From an uncultured Calditrichota bacterium (GTDB lineage Bacteria > Calditrichota > Calditrichia > JAJRVZ01): DNA of 64,000 nt. Under the pieces are notes generated by a model. That model saw only the letters and a program-made list of their open reading frames with translations. It was not told where the DNA came from and did no database searches. Below, one piece after another: positions 63,905-64,000 of this stretch. The position numbers and the translations under genes were made by a program. The stretch spans positions 71,564-135,563 of the forward strand of contig CAZBBC010000001.1 in NCBI GenBank assembly GCA_964489835.1, read 5' to 3'. Each line of letters begins with the position of its first letter. Positions within the stretch are counted from its first letter, which is position 1.

Positions 63905-64000
63905 TTTAACCCGATTTATGTTTCTGATTAAATATAACCACTTTGCGTACAGATAATGTATATTTATTCTTTGCAAAGGGCAGATATATTAAGATATCGA

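Noticed and set aside
1-64000. I searched the whole window for mobile elements, prophage genes, integrases, toxin-antitoxin pairs, restriction-modification systems and known defence systems, and for rRNA, tRNA or tmRNA genes in all intergenic gaps longer than 150 bp.
   Set aside because: No ORF shows transposase, integrase, nuclease-helicase or methyltransferase (other than rsmD) signatures. No intergenic region has tRNA-like cloverleaf potential or rRNA-like conservation that I could recognise by eye. A proper tRNAscan/Infernal run would be needed to be certain.

Overview
This is a 64-kb, AT-rich (roughly 40% GC by eye), gene-dense bacterial chromosomal segment. I support about 52 protein-coding genes on both strands. 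Shine-Dalgarno-type ribosome-binding sites are common, and several genes use TTG or GTG starts. I found no rRNA, tRNA, CRISPR array, transposase, integrase, prophage or recognisable defence genes.

Most of the content is housekeeping or central metabolism: plsX, acpS, nnr, ychF, coaD, rsmD, pta, a mitochondrial-type citrate synthase, a fused ADP-forming acetyl-CoA synthetase, nth, tex, PolX, an ALDH7-type dehydrogenase, an aminotransferase and AmmeMemoRadiSam A/B. There are also many Na+-coupled transporters (two SSS, one NSS, one AGCS), an RND pump pair and an ABC exporter.

Loci that stand out:
1. 6.5-13.0 kb: a sigma-54-dependent two-component locus. The kinase and regulator genes are separated by two paralogous secreted Asp-rich (thrombospondin-type-3-like, Ca-binding-type) proteins and a predicted outer-membrane beta-barrel. 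Two hand-found -24/-12 promoter candidates sit in front of these genes.
2. 47.7-51.6 kb: an orphan three-gene cluster. It encodes a single-pass 558-aa helical protein with a degenerate prepilin-like N-terminus, a PilM-like protein and a PilN/PilO-like fusion with a long acidic insert.
3. 1.7-5.8 kb: a 1372-aa surface protein with an LVIVD beta-propeller and 11 tandem cadherin/Ig-like modules.
4. A family of short intergenic arrays with a 9-10 bp period, plus REP-like palindromes.

All family assignments come from motif recognition by eye and memory. No database search was run. Taxonomy cannot be assigned from this window; an uncultured FCB-superphylum-like lineage is only a guess.
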